DNA of 30,646 nucleotides from Oscillospiraceae bacterium (GCA_963603805.1 CAVCON010000001.1:1-30646); one strand, 5' to 3'. Positions 7,833-18,356 are shown, counted from the first letter of the stretch. Notes: generated from the sequence alone by a model not told the origin. Program-made: numbers and translations.

Positions 7833-7900
7833 ATATATACAATATTCATCCAATCAATAAATTGCGCCACGACAAGGCGCAACTCTACGACGGCTGCGTA

Positions 7901-10252
7901 TCACTGGTATATGATGCGGTAACTCTGCCCTTTCTTCGTAGGGAATTGCAGCAAAGAGTCCGACAACGCCTCTGCTTGCACTTTCTTGCCGTTGGAGGCA
8001 TACACGGTGAGATGCTTTGCGGCAGACGGATATTGAATTATGGCGTTCATCCCTGCACAGGAACGGACTTGCGCTTTCACCAGCACACCTTTCTGCCACT
8101 CCATATCGACCTCGAAGCCGCCTTCACCGCGCAAGCCTTTTATTTTACCGTTTTGCCAAGCCTTGGGCAATGCCGGCAAAAGGGACAGCTTGCCGTGGTG
8201 GCTCTGAAGAAGCATTTCCGCCATAGCCGCCGTCGCGCCAAAGTTACCGTCTATCTGGAATGGCGGGTGAGCGTCCCAAAGGTTTTCATAAACACCTCCC
8301 ACCCCGCTCATATCTATCTGCTGCACATCGGTGAGGCGGAGGGCGCGGCGAAGAAGCCGGTGGCATCTCTCCCCATCGCGGCAGCGTGCAAAAAGGGCAA
8401 TCTTCCATGCCAAAGCCCAGCCTGTGCCTTCATATCCCCGGCGGTTAAGTGAGTTACGCGCCGCCTCAAAGAACACCTTGTTGCTGTCTGCCAAAAGTTC
8501 GTCGCAAGGGTACATGGCCATAAGATGCGAAAGATGCCGGTGAGAATTATAGTCGCTCACCCTGCCTTGGTTGGTGTATTTCCACTCTTTGAGCAATTTC
8601 TCGCCGTTCACATTCTCAACAGCCAAGCCGTTGTCCAATTTGGCAAACTTCTCGCGCAGTTCCTTTTCAAAAGAGGCATCCTGCCGCAGCACCTCCAACG
8701 CCTGAAGCGTGTTGTGGAACAAGTCCCAAACCAACTGCTGGGAATGCGCCGTGGCGTTCTCTGCGAACGGTCCGTGCTCCGGGGAGAACTCATTCGGGCA
8801 TTCGTATGTGCCGTCATCCGCCTTCACTAACTTTTCCATCCAATATTCGGAACAGCTTTTCATCGCTGGGTATGCCGTGTTGCGCAGATACCCCTTGTCC
8901 AAGGAGTAAAGGTAGTGCTGCCACAGATGTTGGCAATACCAGGCATTAGCCACGGTGTAGTTCGTCATCCAAGTGGAGCCGCTGCCGTAGATGTTGTTCT
9001 CGGTCGTGATTGTCCAGCCTTTGGACTGCCCGCCTATCTCACGTGCGTTCTTCCGCCACTGACTCCGCTCGCACGCCTCCCGATGAACGTAATTGAGGAA
9101 AGGCATATGGAGTTCGCTCAAATTGGTGGATTCCGCCAGCCAATAGTTCATTTGCACGTTAATGTCGGAATGGATGTCAGAGTTCCAGCCCGGCTTGTCG
9201 GAGTTGTTCCAAATGCCCTGCAAGTTTGCGGGCAAGTCAACGCCACGGCTTGACGAAATCAGCAGATAACGCCCATAGGTGAAATAAAGCTCTTCCAAAA
9301 GAAGCAAAGACGGATTATCCGCATACTCACTAATAAGCTTGGGGGTGGGCAGACGGTTTTCTCCGCCATCAGAAAGGTAAAGCAGGCATCTTTCCGCCAA
9401 GGATTCATAGTCCTTAATATGCTGCTTTCGGATATTCGCATAACCCTTGCGCACGGCGTTGTCCAAAACTTCATTCACCCGGGACGGCAGATTTGCCGCA
9501 TCTGACAGATAATTGTCGTTCGAGGCATCGAAATTGGTCATGCCCCTTAGATAGACCACAATAGCGTTTGCGCCGTCCACGTAAATCCCGTCCTTTTTCG
9601 CCGAGACCTGACCATCGTCCGCCACCACGCGCAAACCGCACCAATAGCTTTCGCTGTCCTTAGTGTTTCCTATGCGCACCGCCGTTCCGTGCATCTTTGC
9701 ACACCCCGAATGCTTTTTGTCTTTTGCGTATGAAACGTCCTCCTGTTTGCCGTTCACATTGTCGAGCGAAAGGCATACACTGATGCTTCCTTTCTTGGAT
9801 GCAGTGTATTTTATGGCAACCACATCGTCGGGACAGGATGCAAGGTACTCGCGCTGATAGTGCACGCCGTTGGAGGTGTAAGCGACAGCAGCCACCGCCT
9901 TGTCAAGATCCAGGGCCCTTATGTAGTCTGAACAAGTCCCGGCATTGCCTTCCAACTGCCTGATGCGCAGATGTCCGAAGTTCAAATAAGTGCCGTATAG
10001 GGAATTATCGACATTGCTCCCCACGCTCCCCCTCCAAAGGGTCTTGTCGTTAAACTGGATGTCATCACATTCCACACCGCCCATAACGGTTGCGCCAAAC
10101 TGGCCGTTGCCAATAGGCAGACAAGAGGTCATCCAAGCCTTTGCCGGCTCGGTGTACCAAAGCGTGTGCCGCCCAACCGTAGGAGAGGGGAACGCCCTGC
10201 AAAGAGAGACTGCGGCTATAAGGATTAAAAATACCCTTTTCATTTCATTCAT
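7901..10252 (-). CDS. Glycoside hydrolase family 95 (alpha-L-fucosidase-like), secreted
   Basis: Signal peptide; GH95 motifs [51 protein letters not shown]...GL. Alternative start at 10243. Confidence 0.93.
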   Translation of the reverse strand: MNEMKRVFLILIAAVSLCRAFPSPTVGRHTLWYTEPAKAWMTSCLPIGNGQFGATVMGGVECDDIQFNDKTLWRGSVGSNVDNSLYGTYLNFGHLRIRQLEGNAGTCSDYIRALDLDKAVAAVAYTSNGVHYQREYLASCPDDVVAIKYTASKKGSISVCLSLDNVNGKQEDVSYAKDKKHSGCAKMHGTAVRIGNTKDSESYWCGLRVVADDGQVSAKKDGIYVDGANAIVVYLRGMTNFDASNDNYLSDAANLPSRVNEVLDNAVRKGYANIRKQHIKDYESLAERCLLYLSDGGENRLPTPKLISEYADNPSLLLLEELYFTYGRYLLISSSRGVDLPANLQGIWNNSDKPGWNSDIHSDINVQMNYWLAESTNLSELHMPFLNYVHREACERSQWRKNAREIGGQSKGWTITTENNIYGSGSTWMTNYTVANAWYCQHLWQHYLYSLDKGYLRNTAYPAMKSCSEYWMEKLVKADDGTYECPNEFSPEHGPFAENATAHSQQLVWDLFHNTLQALEVLRQDASFEKELREKFAKLDNGLAVENVNGEKLLKEWKYTNQGRVSDYNSHRHLSHLMAMYPCDELLADSNKVFFEAARNSLNRRGYEGTGWALAWKIALFARCRDGERCHRLLRRALRLTDVQQIDMSGVGGVYENLWDAHPPFQIDGNFGATAAMAEMLLQSHHGKLSLLPALPKAWQNGKIKGLRGEGGFEVDMEWQKGVLVKAQVRSCAGMNAIIQYPSAAKHLTVYASNGKKVQAEALSDSLLQFPTKKGQSYRIIYQ

Positions 10253-10476
10253 GTTTTAGCTTTATTGTCAGTGTCGATATAACTTTGAGTTTGAACGCCA
10301 TAAAGGTACAATAATTTTCATTGCCCAACAAATACACGGACACATATAGTTCAGAACGTCCGTGTTTGCAAGAAAATTATACCGCAATTGGACATAGTTT
10401 ATACGGTAATACACAAGGCATATGCAATACGCGCTACAAACACACAGCACACAATTAACCAACGAATTCCACCGCC

Positions 10477-10775
10477 GTAGGGGCGTATGGCATACGCCCT
10501 GAATTGCACGGATTTACGATGTTGTGGCGGCGGTTTGTGATGCGGTTCATACGATGGCGTACAGGGCGTATGCAATACGCCCCTACAATTATCGCAAAAC
10601 CAAAGCCGCAGAAACAACATCGGACATGGGAGAAACTATGTCCGACGTAGGAAAAATTATGTCTGATATAATTCAAATTACATCAGACCTTTTTTCGGCA
10701 CTTGCAAACTCCTGAAAAACAACAACTTACAAAACCTTTCAAAATTCGAGTAAATCAATGATAATCAGAGTATTG
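10477..10775 (-). repeat. Composite intergenic repeat, copy 3 (inverted), with a decayed REP at 10416-10437
   Basis: REPs 10477-10499 and 10564-10586; 21-bp units 10606-10689; boxes 10705-10729 and 10751-10775. Confidence 0.9.
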
Positions 10776-10820
10776 CAAAATTTTACGTTCTACTCATATT
10801 TCATGTGGAAACCACCGCGT

Positions 10821-10859
10821 AAAAACAAGACGTGCGCGGCATTAAATGCCACGCACGTC
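10821..10859 (-). terminator. Intrinsic terminator of the SusC/D operon
   Basis: Minus strand GACGTGCGTGGCATTTAATGCCGCGCACGTC-TTGTTTTT, 40 bp after the SusD stop. Confidence 0.85.
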
Positions 10860-10899
10860 ATTATTCACTTTGCCGCATCAAGCGGCATGGATTAGCCTG

Positions 10900-13023
10900 T
10901 TACTTATCCTCGGGCAAAGGCAGATACCAGCGTGTTCCACCCACCAGACGACCATACAGGGCTGCATCGTAACCACTGCGCGGAGCCATGCCGCGTGAGG
11001 CAATCTTCTTTGCAAGCCACTCGTTGTCGATAGCGCCGCCACCCTTATGGCTGGCAAAACGAAGGAGATCGTAATAACGGTTGCCTTCGAATGCTGTTTC
11101 AAGAGCAAGCTCGTCGATTATCAAGTCCTCAACGGCTGTGATAACCTCATCGTTGGTGATAGTTCCGTCAGCTACAGCCTGCTCTATGCCAACCTTGTTG
11201 AGGCTGTCGCAGAGAGCGGTTTCCCACTCCGTGGTCTGACCGTCCTTGTCAGCGCGAGCCGCTGCAATCTTCTGGGCCACGCAAAGGTCGTATGTGTAGA
11301 GAGTATCACGATAGCCGCGTGTCTCGCCACAACCAAGACCGTGAACGCCCGTATAGTCCGTTGCAGAATGGTTGAACTTGCTGTCTGCAAAATCAAGGTA
11401 GCTCTTCGACTGCGCATTCAACATTTCGTTAAGGCCAATATAGTATGCGCCACCGGCATTTGCCTCGGGCTTCAACAAATAAGGCACATTCTTGATGGTG
11501 TCGATGCTGAGAGTGTCAATCTTGATGTTTTCAAGGTCTGTGCTGTCAACCTGAATGTCATAATGAATGCTGTCCTTATATCTGAGCGTAGGATAGTTGT
11601 CAGAAAGCACACCGTCCTTCAGAATGGAGAATGCGTGCTCGGGGAAGCCAGCGCGGTTGATGGCCTCAGCAAAGCGGAGGTGTACGAGAGCCTTACGATA
11701 TACGGGAATTGCATAGTAGTTTCGGTAACCGTATGTATAAACCTTGCGGCTGTTCCAATCGTAGTTAATGGAGTAAACAGGAGTGCGCTTTGCTATGAAG
11801 CGGAAATCCTCACCCTCAATTTTGTAAAGAGGCGCTGATCCGTAAACACGGGCATCACCCACACCTTCATAGAACTCCTGAATTTCAGTGCCGCCGGATT
11901 CACGATAGTTGCAGTAAACCTGAGCAGCATTAAGACCCATATAGTTCTCAGACGGTTCGAGCTGGCGGTATTCCTCCTTGGGAGTAAGATAGGTATATCC
12001 ACTGTTGGTTCCCAGGGTTTGGGAAGTGGTTTGGAAACCGTAAATGTTCTGAACCTGTATCAGCACATCTCCCTGACTCTTCGATGCTGCACCGGGAATA
12101 ATGGTGATAAGTTCCTCGTCATTGGCCTCGCCCAGTTTCCCATCTTTGCTTGAACCGTAAGACGTGAAACGTTCAGTCCAATCGCCAAGTCTTGGCATAT
12201 ATCGTGTACCCTCCTGCGAAATGTTTTCATTAAATGTCATTTTCGCGTTAGGTACATAAGGAGCTTCCATACGCATATATTTGTAGTACATTTCGGCAGC
12301 CTTGTCGTAGTTGTTCTGAGTTAAATACAAATCAGCCGTAACAAGGGCCACAGGGAAGAAGCAGGACTTTGAAGGGATGTCCACGGAACCGTTGTCATAA
12401 GTACCGTATGAGGGATAACCAAATTGCTCCTGCAACTCGTATGCACGGTCTAGACCGGCAGCCACGAGAAGGTCGGCGATATTGTCCTTATTGATGACCT
12501 TGCCGCTCTTGATAATTTCCTTGCCTACCGAACTGCTTGAAACCGGCTCGGTGAAGAAAGGAACAGAGCCATAGTTCTGCACAAGCTGCAGGTATGTCCA
12601 TGCACGCATTGCCTGAACCTGTGCCCACTCCTTCTGCATATACTTGACCTCGTCCTTCACGTCAGCCGTATCAACATAATGCAGATAGAAGTTGCACTGG
12701 TTGATGATGTTGTAGTAGTCGGCACACTGAAGGAATGCATTGTCGCCATCTCGCTGCTCATCAAAGTTGGATATATGGCTCACGCTGTCGCTGGTGTAGG
12801 TGGTGGTGGTAACAAGGTCGCCACGCGCCTCACCGAGAATCACATCGCGTTCAACAATCTTCTGCATGCTCTTGAGAATACCGAGATATGAATAGAGGGA
12901 GTCCCCTGCATTTTTCTCGGTATAGCGTTCAAGGTCGGGCGTGAGCATATCCGAGCATGACGTTGACACGCACAACACGCCCGCAAGCAGAACCACTAAA
13001 CTTAATATAGATTTCTTTTTCAT
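10900..13023 (-). CDS. susD: RagB/SusD-family lipoprotein (second pair, 707 aa)
   Basis: Lipobox VSTSC; YYNIINQCN, AMRAWTYLQLVQNYGSVPF, LRFAEAINR, ELALETAFEGNRYYDLLR; directly after susC. Confidence 0.9.
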   Translation of the reverse strand: MKKKSILSLVVLLAGVLCVSTSCSDMLTPDLERYTEKNAGDSLYSYLGILKSMQKIVERDVILGEARGDLVTTTTYTSDSVSHISNFDEQRDGDNAFLQCADYYNIINQCNFYLHYVDTADVKDEVKYMQKEWAQVQAMRAWTYLQLVQNYGSVPFFTEPVSSSSVGKEIIKSGKVINKDNIADLLVAAGLDRAYELQEQFGYPSYGTYDNGSVDIPSKSCFFPVALVTADLYLTQNNYDKAAEMYYKYMRMEAPYVPNAKMTFNENISQEGTRYMPRLGDWTERFTSYGSSKDGKLGEANDEELITIIPGAASKSQGDVLIQVQNIYGFQTTSQTLGTNSGYTYLTPKEEYRQLEPSENYMGLNAAQVYCNYRESGGTEIQEFYEGVGDARVYGSAPLYKIEGEDFRFIAKRTPVYSINYDWNSRKVYTYGYRNYYAIPVYRKALVHLRFAEAINRAGFPEHAFSILKDGVLSDNYPTLRYKDSIHYDIQVDSTDLENIKIDTLSIDTIKNVPYLLKPEANAGGAYYIGLNEMLNAQSKSYLDFADSKFNHSATDYTGVHGLGCGETRGYRDTLYTYDLCVAQKIAAARADKDGQTTEWETALCDSLNKVGIEQAVADGTITNDEVITAVEDLIIDELALETAFEGNRYYDLLRFASHKGGGAIDNEWLAKKIASRGMAPRSGYDAALYGRLVGGTRWYLPLPEDK

Positions 13024-13035
13024 TGTTCCTGGATT

Positions 13036-16000
13036 TTACAAGTTGAATGTTACACCGAAGTTGCAGCTGAAGCTCTGGGGCAGATAGCCTGCATCAACGC
13101 CCTGATAGAGCACAGAGTTGCCACAGGAAACCTCGGGATCTTCGCCTTTATATTTTGTAAGGGTGAAAATGTTGTTGCACTCTCCGAATACTGTGAGGCC
13201 TTGCAGCCAGCTGAGAGAAAGCGGAAGCTGGTATGTGAGGCGCACTTTCTTGAGTTTCAAGTATGAGCCGTTGTCAATCCAACGGTCGGAGAAACGCTCG
13301 TTGTTCACCCATTCTGCGGTGTTGGTGGTGCTCATCAGGCGGGGAATGTTTGTTTCCTGACCGCTGTAGCGCCAACGGTTTACGAGAGCCTTTGACTGGT
13401 TCCAAACGGTGCTGCCCTGTTCGAGCTGCGAACGCTGGTAGTCGTAGATGTCGTTGCCCAAAGAATACTTGAAGTTGATGTCAAGGGTGAAACGCTTCCA
13501 GTTGAGGGAAGTGAAAATGTTACCGTAGATGTCGGGGTTGGGGTCGCCTATCTTAACCATGTCGGCCTCGCTTATCCAACCGTCGCCGTTCACGTCAATG
13601 AAATGCACATCACCAGCCTTGAAGTCGCGAGAAGGATCACCCACAACGCCTGTAGGATATTTCAGATAGCCAAACTTGCCGGCTGTTGAAGCCTCAGCGT
13701 TGTCCTTGAACACACCCTTGGTCTTGTAGCCGTAGAACACGCCTGCGGCATAGTTCTTGGCAGTAAGCACATTGTTCTTACCATAAACAGAGGTTGTGAA
13801 ACCATTGATGGTCTTATAGATTGTGCTGGTCATACCGTTCTCGTCAATGTTGTAGAGATTAATCTTGTCTGTTGAGGGGAGTTCGGTAATCTTGTTAGAA
13901 TAGTGCCCCATTGTGAAACCAGCCTGCCACTTCCAGTCCTTGCTGTTCACGATGATGCCGCTTACTGACACCTCTACGCCATTGTTGCGCAGTGCACCCT
14001 CGTTGGTCCACATATTTGCAAGACCTGTGAGGTAGCTTACTTCCTTACGTGTGAGGAGGTTGGTCGTCTTGCTGAAATACACCTCGGCACCAAGGCTCAA
14101 ACGGTTGTCGAAGAGATTTGTCTGAAGACCGATATTGAAACGGTGGTTGGTTTCCCACTGTATTTTCGGATTGGCAATGTTTGCAAGCTGAAGACCCGTA
14201 GCGGTATTGAGGAACTTGATGTTCTGGAAATATGTACGGGTAGCATAGTAGTCAATGTTATCGTTACCAGTCATTTCATACCCTGCGGTGAGCTTGAGGG
14301 AGTTCACCCAATCGGCATTGAACCAGTCTTCGGAAGAAATGAGCCATCCTGCCTGCAAGGAGGGGAACAGCCCCCAACGCACGCCGAAGAGCTTCAAACC
14401 AGAATCCGCTTCCTTACCGAAACGTGAAGAAGACTCCATTGACACCGTACCGTCAACGAAATAGCGGTTGCGATAGTTGTAAGAGGCATTGAGATAGTAT
14501 GCGAGGTTCACCCAAGTGTCATTTGTACCTCCATAATCAAGGAAACTCAAGCTATAAGACAGGTTAGGCAACTTGTCATTCGTGTTGTTGTAGCCCTTGA
14601 CGTATGTGTTACTATATGTGTAGTTAGCAAGACGCATACCGGCCATAGCATCGAGGAAGTGCGCACCCATCTGCTTTTTCCATTCAACACGCAGGTCGTT
14701 GAACACAGTTGTCTCCTTGCCATACTGCGACTTTATAGAACTGCTTACAGAACCGAGACCTTCGATAAAGCGACTCGGAGTTCCGCTATAAGGCAGATAG
14801 TATTTCTCGCTTGTGCGGTTGAGAATGTAGCTGAAACGGTCAGAAATTGTGAGGTTTCTGTTCACCACATACTTGGGAGTAACGTTGATCATGAACTGGG
14901 TCTGTTCCATGTAGTTTTTGTCGTTGCCCTTACCATTCTTGAGAATCCAATATGGGTTTGCCAATGCGTAGTCGTCATAGTTCTGCGCAAAGAGGAACGG
15001 ATTGGGGTCAGCGGTGAAATACTTTCCAGCATAAACACGTTTGTCCATGGCAACCTTGTTAACGAGGTTGACGGGATCCCAAGTTACGACATAAGAATAC
15101 GGGCTGAGGAAAGGAGCCTGTATCAGACCGAGAACGTTGGGAGACGAGATATTGTCGTTATTATAGCTCTCAGCCCAACCGTTATCACGGAGGTTATAGG
15201 TTGAACGGCCGTATGCAAGGTCGAACGAAGCCGAAAGCGCGTCGGTAATGGTAATGTCGGTGTTGAAACGCAGGTTAAGACGGTCGAAGTTGGTCATGCG
15301 TGCCGTAGCGTCAGACTTGGTGTAGCCAAGAGAGAGGTTGTACATGGCCACATCATCACCACCCTGTACGCCTACCTTATAGTTCTGCGTGAAAGCAGTG
15401 CGGTAAAGGTCTTTGCTCCAGTCGGTGTTGTTGTGATAAAGAGGATAGTAAACAAAGTTGGGATCCTCGTTCAGGAAACCTACGTGGAAGTTGCTGCTGT
15501 TGTCTTCCGAATCCTTATATGTACCTATAAGCTCGGAAAGATAGCTGCGGTATTGACCAGCGTTCATAACGTCAACATAGTTGGGGGTTGTTTCAAAGCC
15601 GCCGTATATGCGGGCGTTGATGCGGGTTGCCTGGCTCTTGCCACGGTTGGTGGTGATTTCAATCACACCATTGGAGGCCTTTGCACCATATAAAGCCGTA
15701 CCGTTCTTCAAAACCTTGATGTCGGCGATGTCGTCAACATCAATCATGTTGAGGACATTGTTGATAAATCCCTGATGAACGGTTGTACGGTCATACTGCA
15801 TATCCCAAACAACTCCGTCAACCACGACCAAAGGCTGTGCATTGGCATTGAGAGAGTTGATACCCTGAATGAACATGGCAGCCCCCTGCGCGGGAACCCC
15901 ACCGCGTGAAACAGTACGCACGGAAGCGTTAAGACTGTTTTCTATGTCGCTCTCCGCTGTAATGGCCGTTGTGTTCGTAGGATGTGTCTCAGACACGGAA

Positions 16001-16455
16001 TATATGCTCACACCATCCTTATACACCGGCTTGAACGCAGAAGAAAGCATCTTGACATCCTGCGAACTCTCACCCTTGATAGCACGCTGCATACCGTTGT
16101 AACCGCTCACCTCGAAATAAAGGGAAGTTACGAACTTGGGGACAGAGATTGTATAGGAGCCGTCCTCTTCGGTCATTGCCGTATAGAGTTTGTTGTTGAG
16201 AGCCTGCACTCGCACACCGCCCAAACCTTCGCCAGTGGCGGCATCAAGCACCTTTCCGCTCACGTTTTTCATTTCGTAAGTGGGAAGCTCCAATTTTTTG
16301 GGTTTCTTCTTTACGGCAACAGAGTCTTCTTCAACCACCTCTGCATCGTCAACGTTGTCCTGAGCCACCAGAACCGTAGTTCCTGATAACATGAAAAGAC
16401 ATACGGAGGCACGTAAAGCCCAATGCATAAATTGATTTTTTCTATTATCTTTCAT
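13036..16455 (-). CDS. susC: SusC/RagA-family TonB-dependent transporter (second pair)
   Basis: N-terminal CarboxypepD_reg-like domain; plug motifs PLVVVDG and DIKVLKNGTALYGAKASNGVIEITT; ANPKIQWET; GDVHFIDVNGDG; C-terminal FGVTFNL. Confidence 0.95.
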   Translation of the reverse strand: MKDNRKNQFMHWALRASVCLFMLSGTTVLVAQDNVDDAEVVEEDSVAVKKKPKKLELPTYEMKNVSGKVLDAATGEGLGGVRVQALNNKLYTAMTEEDGSYTISVPKFVTSLYFEVSGYNGMQRAIKGESSQDVKMLSSAFKPVYKDGVSIYSVSETHPTNTTAITAESDIENSLNASVRTVSRGGVPAQGAAMFIQGINSLNANAQPLVVVDGVVWDMQYDRTTVHQGFINNVLNMIDVDDIADIKVLKNGTALYGAKASNGVIEITTNRGKSQATRINARIYGGFETTPNYVDVMNAGQYRSYLSELIGTYKDSEDNSSNFHVGFLNEDPNFVYYPLYHNNTDWSKDLYRTAFTQNYKVGVQGGDDVAMYNLSLGYTKSDATARMTNFDRLNLRFNTDITITDALSASFDLAYGRSTYNLRDNGWAESYNNDNISSPNVLGLIQAPFLSPYSYVVTWDPVNLVNKVAMDKRVYAGKYFTADPNPFLFAQNYDDYALANPYWILKNGKGNDKNYMEQTQFMINVTPKYVVNRNLTISDRFSYILNRTSEKYYLPYSGTPSRFIEGLGSVSSSIKSQYGKETTVFNDLRVEWKKQMGAHFLDAMAGMRLANYTYSNTYVKGYNNTNDKLPNLSYSLSFLDYGGTNDTWVNLAYYLNASYNYRNRYFVDGTVSMESSSRFGKEADSGLKLFGVRWGLFPSLQAGWLISSEDWFNADWVNSLKLTAGYEMTGNDNIDYYATRTYFQNIKFLNTATGLQLANIANPKIQWETNHRFNIGLQTNLFDNRLSLGAEVYFSKTTNLLTRKEVSYLTGLANMWTNEGALRNNGVEVSVSGIIVNSKDWKWQAGFTMGHYSNKITELPSTDKINLYNIDENGMTSTIYKTINGFTTSVYGKNNVLTAKNYAAGVFYGYKTKGVFKDNAEASTAGKFGYLKYPTGVVGDPSRDFKAGDVHFIDVNGDGWISEADMVKIGDPNPDIYGNIFTSLNWKRFTLDINFKYSLGNDIYDYQRSQLEQGSTVWNQSKALVNRWRYSGQETNIPRLMSTTNTAEWVNNERFSDRWIDNGSYLKLKKVRLTYQLPLSLSWLQGLTVFGECNNIFTLTKYKGEDPEVSCGNSVLYQGVDAGYLPQSFSCNFGVTFNL

Positions 16456-16488
16456 TTGTCTCTTTATTTTTAGTTAACAAGAACCATA

Positions 16489-18267
16489 TTAATTGTCAGA
16501 TTCATCATCCTTGCTAACGAAGAGGAAGCAGTCGATGTAGAGAGCCGGATCATAGATTTTCTTCTGAGCGGCGGTACGTACAACCGATTTAAGCTTCAGT
16601 TTCGGATAGCTTGGTGCAACACCACGGAAAGCATACGGGAACTCGAAGTCTTTGAAGAGTAGCACACTGTCGATAACACCGGCACGTGTCTCGAATTCCT
16701 TTCCGCCTTCCTCGTTTATCGCATCCTGCGAAATGTCGCGACCGTTCTTGTCGTTGTAGTCATAAACGATAGAAGCCGAGAAGTGGTTGCGCTTGGTTTC
16801 CTCAACCGACTGGTTTTTCTTGTCTATGTTAAGCGGAACCATCACGGCATAAATGTCATATTTGCCGGAAAGGATGTTTGGTATCTTAAAGCTTACAGTA
16901 GGCTGTGAAGCCGAGCTGGAACCCGGGAAATATGCAAAAGTGTTGTTGCTTACATATCCTTTGATGGAATCGTTACGGTTAAGAGTTGTAAGATATACGG
17001 AATTTCCGTAGTAAGTGCCGTTTTTCTCAGCAGAAGCAAATCCGTTTATATCCTGATAGAACTGGTATTCAGCCTCAACACGTATGGTTGTGTGCCACGA
17101 CTTGCTCGGAACATAGCCGTAATGGTCAATGGCATAAGCGTAACCGTTGGAAACCTCGAAAGGTTCGGCACCTTCAACAATCTTTGAAAGATAAGGCTGG
17201 TGGATGTTGGGGTCGCTAAGCGATGTAGCACCGCCACGCACCAAAGAATCGGCTTTGTCTATAAAGTTCTTGAAATACGACAGGGACGACTTTGTTGCAT
17301 CATATCCCGGTTGTTTCCCAAGGCTTGTAACAATATTGTTAAGTATCACACTTTTGATACGCACGTCTGCCATAGAGTCGGCATTAATCTTATTGTAAAG
17401 AATCTTCGTAGTGTTGTCCTCTGTGTAGGGATAGCTGCTCTTATACTTGAAGTATTTGCTAACCTTGGCCTTTGTCTCCGCCCATGCCCTGTTTGTGGGG
17501 AAAACACCCATAAGTAACGAGTCCTCATTCTGCCAGAAATTAAGGCTGCCGATAACCTTATTGCTAATTTGGAACACAGAGTCCACATACTGGATTTCGC
17601 CGTTGACGGTAGCTCCGGGAGTACTCCAGCTCTTCATGAACATGAGGGTGTCATCCTCGTGCAGGAAACTGTAGAGAGAATCCAAGCCCTCGGTGAACTC
17701 AATAGCCTCGTAAAGGTTGGATGCAAAGGGAGCAATGCCTTTCAGCTTGTGAAGAGAACCGTTTGAAGCCTCGTTCACTGCTCCGTCAACAGAAACTTTC
17801 TTGAAAGTGTTTTCAAGAAGATTGTATTCATTAATCTTAGAGTTAAGCATCGTAACCTTTATGGTGTCGCCGCCATTGGTACCCGAGAAGTTATAACGGG
17901 CAATATGGTTACGTACAAACTGCTTCTCAACTTCGCGGTTCTTGCCTTCATCGAGCATGGCAAGCCACTTGGACGCATTGTATGTGCCGTCCTCGGGAGC
18001 CCAAACCGTGAAAGTCTGCGAACCTGCGAGCAACTGCGCGTAAGTTAATTTGCTTGTCTTCGAATACTCGTCCACAGTGAAAGTGGTGCGCTCTAAAATC
18101 TGCCGCAGAGAGTCCAACTGAGGGTCTGCAACAATCTGCTGCCACAACGACTGCTGGGGAGTAGAAGAATGAATATCAAAATGATCGTCAGAGCAAGCGT
18201 TGAAACCGACTAAGGCCAACGTGCCAAACAGACCATATTTGAGCCATTTGCAATTTTTGATGTTCAT
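16489..18267 (-). CDS. Fasciclin (FAS1)-domain surface lipoprotein, putative glycan-binding protein
   Basis: Lipobox GFNAC + SDDHFD acidic export signal; FAS1 motifs FTVWAPED..NHI..SNGSLHKL and GVFPTNRAW..SNGYAYAID; C-terminal beta-sandwich (IPNILSGKYDIY). Confidence 0.78.
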   Translation of the reverse strand: MNIKNCKWLKYGLFGTLALVGFNACSDDHFDIHSSTPQQSLWQQIVADPQLDSLRQILERTTFTVDEYSKTSKLTYAQLLAGSQTFTVWAPEDGTYNASKWLAMLDEGKNREVEKQFVRNHIARYNFSGTNGGDTIKVTMLNSKINEYNLLENTFKKVSVDGAVNEASNGSLHKLKGIAPFASNLYEAIEFTEGLDSLYSFLHEDDTLMFMKSWSTPGATVNGEIQYVDSVFQISNKVIGSLNFWQNEDSLLMGVFPTNRAWAETKAKVSKYFKYKSSYPYTEDNTTKILYNKINADSMADVRIKSVILNNIVTSLGKQPGYDATKSSLSYFKNFIDKADSLVRGGATSLSDPNIHQPYLSKIVEGAEPFEVSNGYAYAIDHYGYVPSKSWHTTIRVEAEYQFYQDINGFASAEKNGTYYGNSVYLTTLNRNDSIKGYVSNNTFAYFPGSSSASQPTVSFKIPNILSGKYDIYAVMVPLNIDKKNQSVEETKRNHFSASIVYDYNDKNGRDISQDAINEEGGKEFETRAGVIDSVLLFKDFEFPYAFRGVAPSYPKLKLKSVVRTAAQKKIYDPALYIDCFLFVSKDDESDN

Positions 18268-18308
18268 ATCTGATTTATTTTATTTCTTAATTGAATTATT
18301 TATATGAG

Positions 18309-18356
18309 AAAAAGCGGCGGCACATTCGCTGGCGCAAACGCGCCACCATGCTTTTT
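18309..18356 (-). terminator. Intra-operon stem-loop / probable leaky terminator after the first susD
   Basis: Minus strand GGTGGCGCGTTTGC-GCCA-GCGAATGTGCCGCC-GCTTTTT; pairs fully only with G-U wobbles on this strand. Confidence 0.7.

Noticed and set aside
7871..7907. Possible decayed REP distal to copy 2
   Set aside because: It lies at about the expected 38-bp distance, but similarity is too weak to call by eye.
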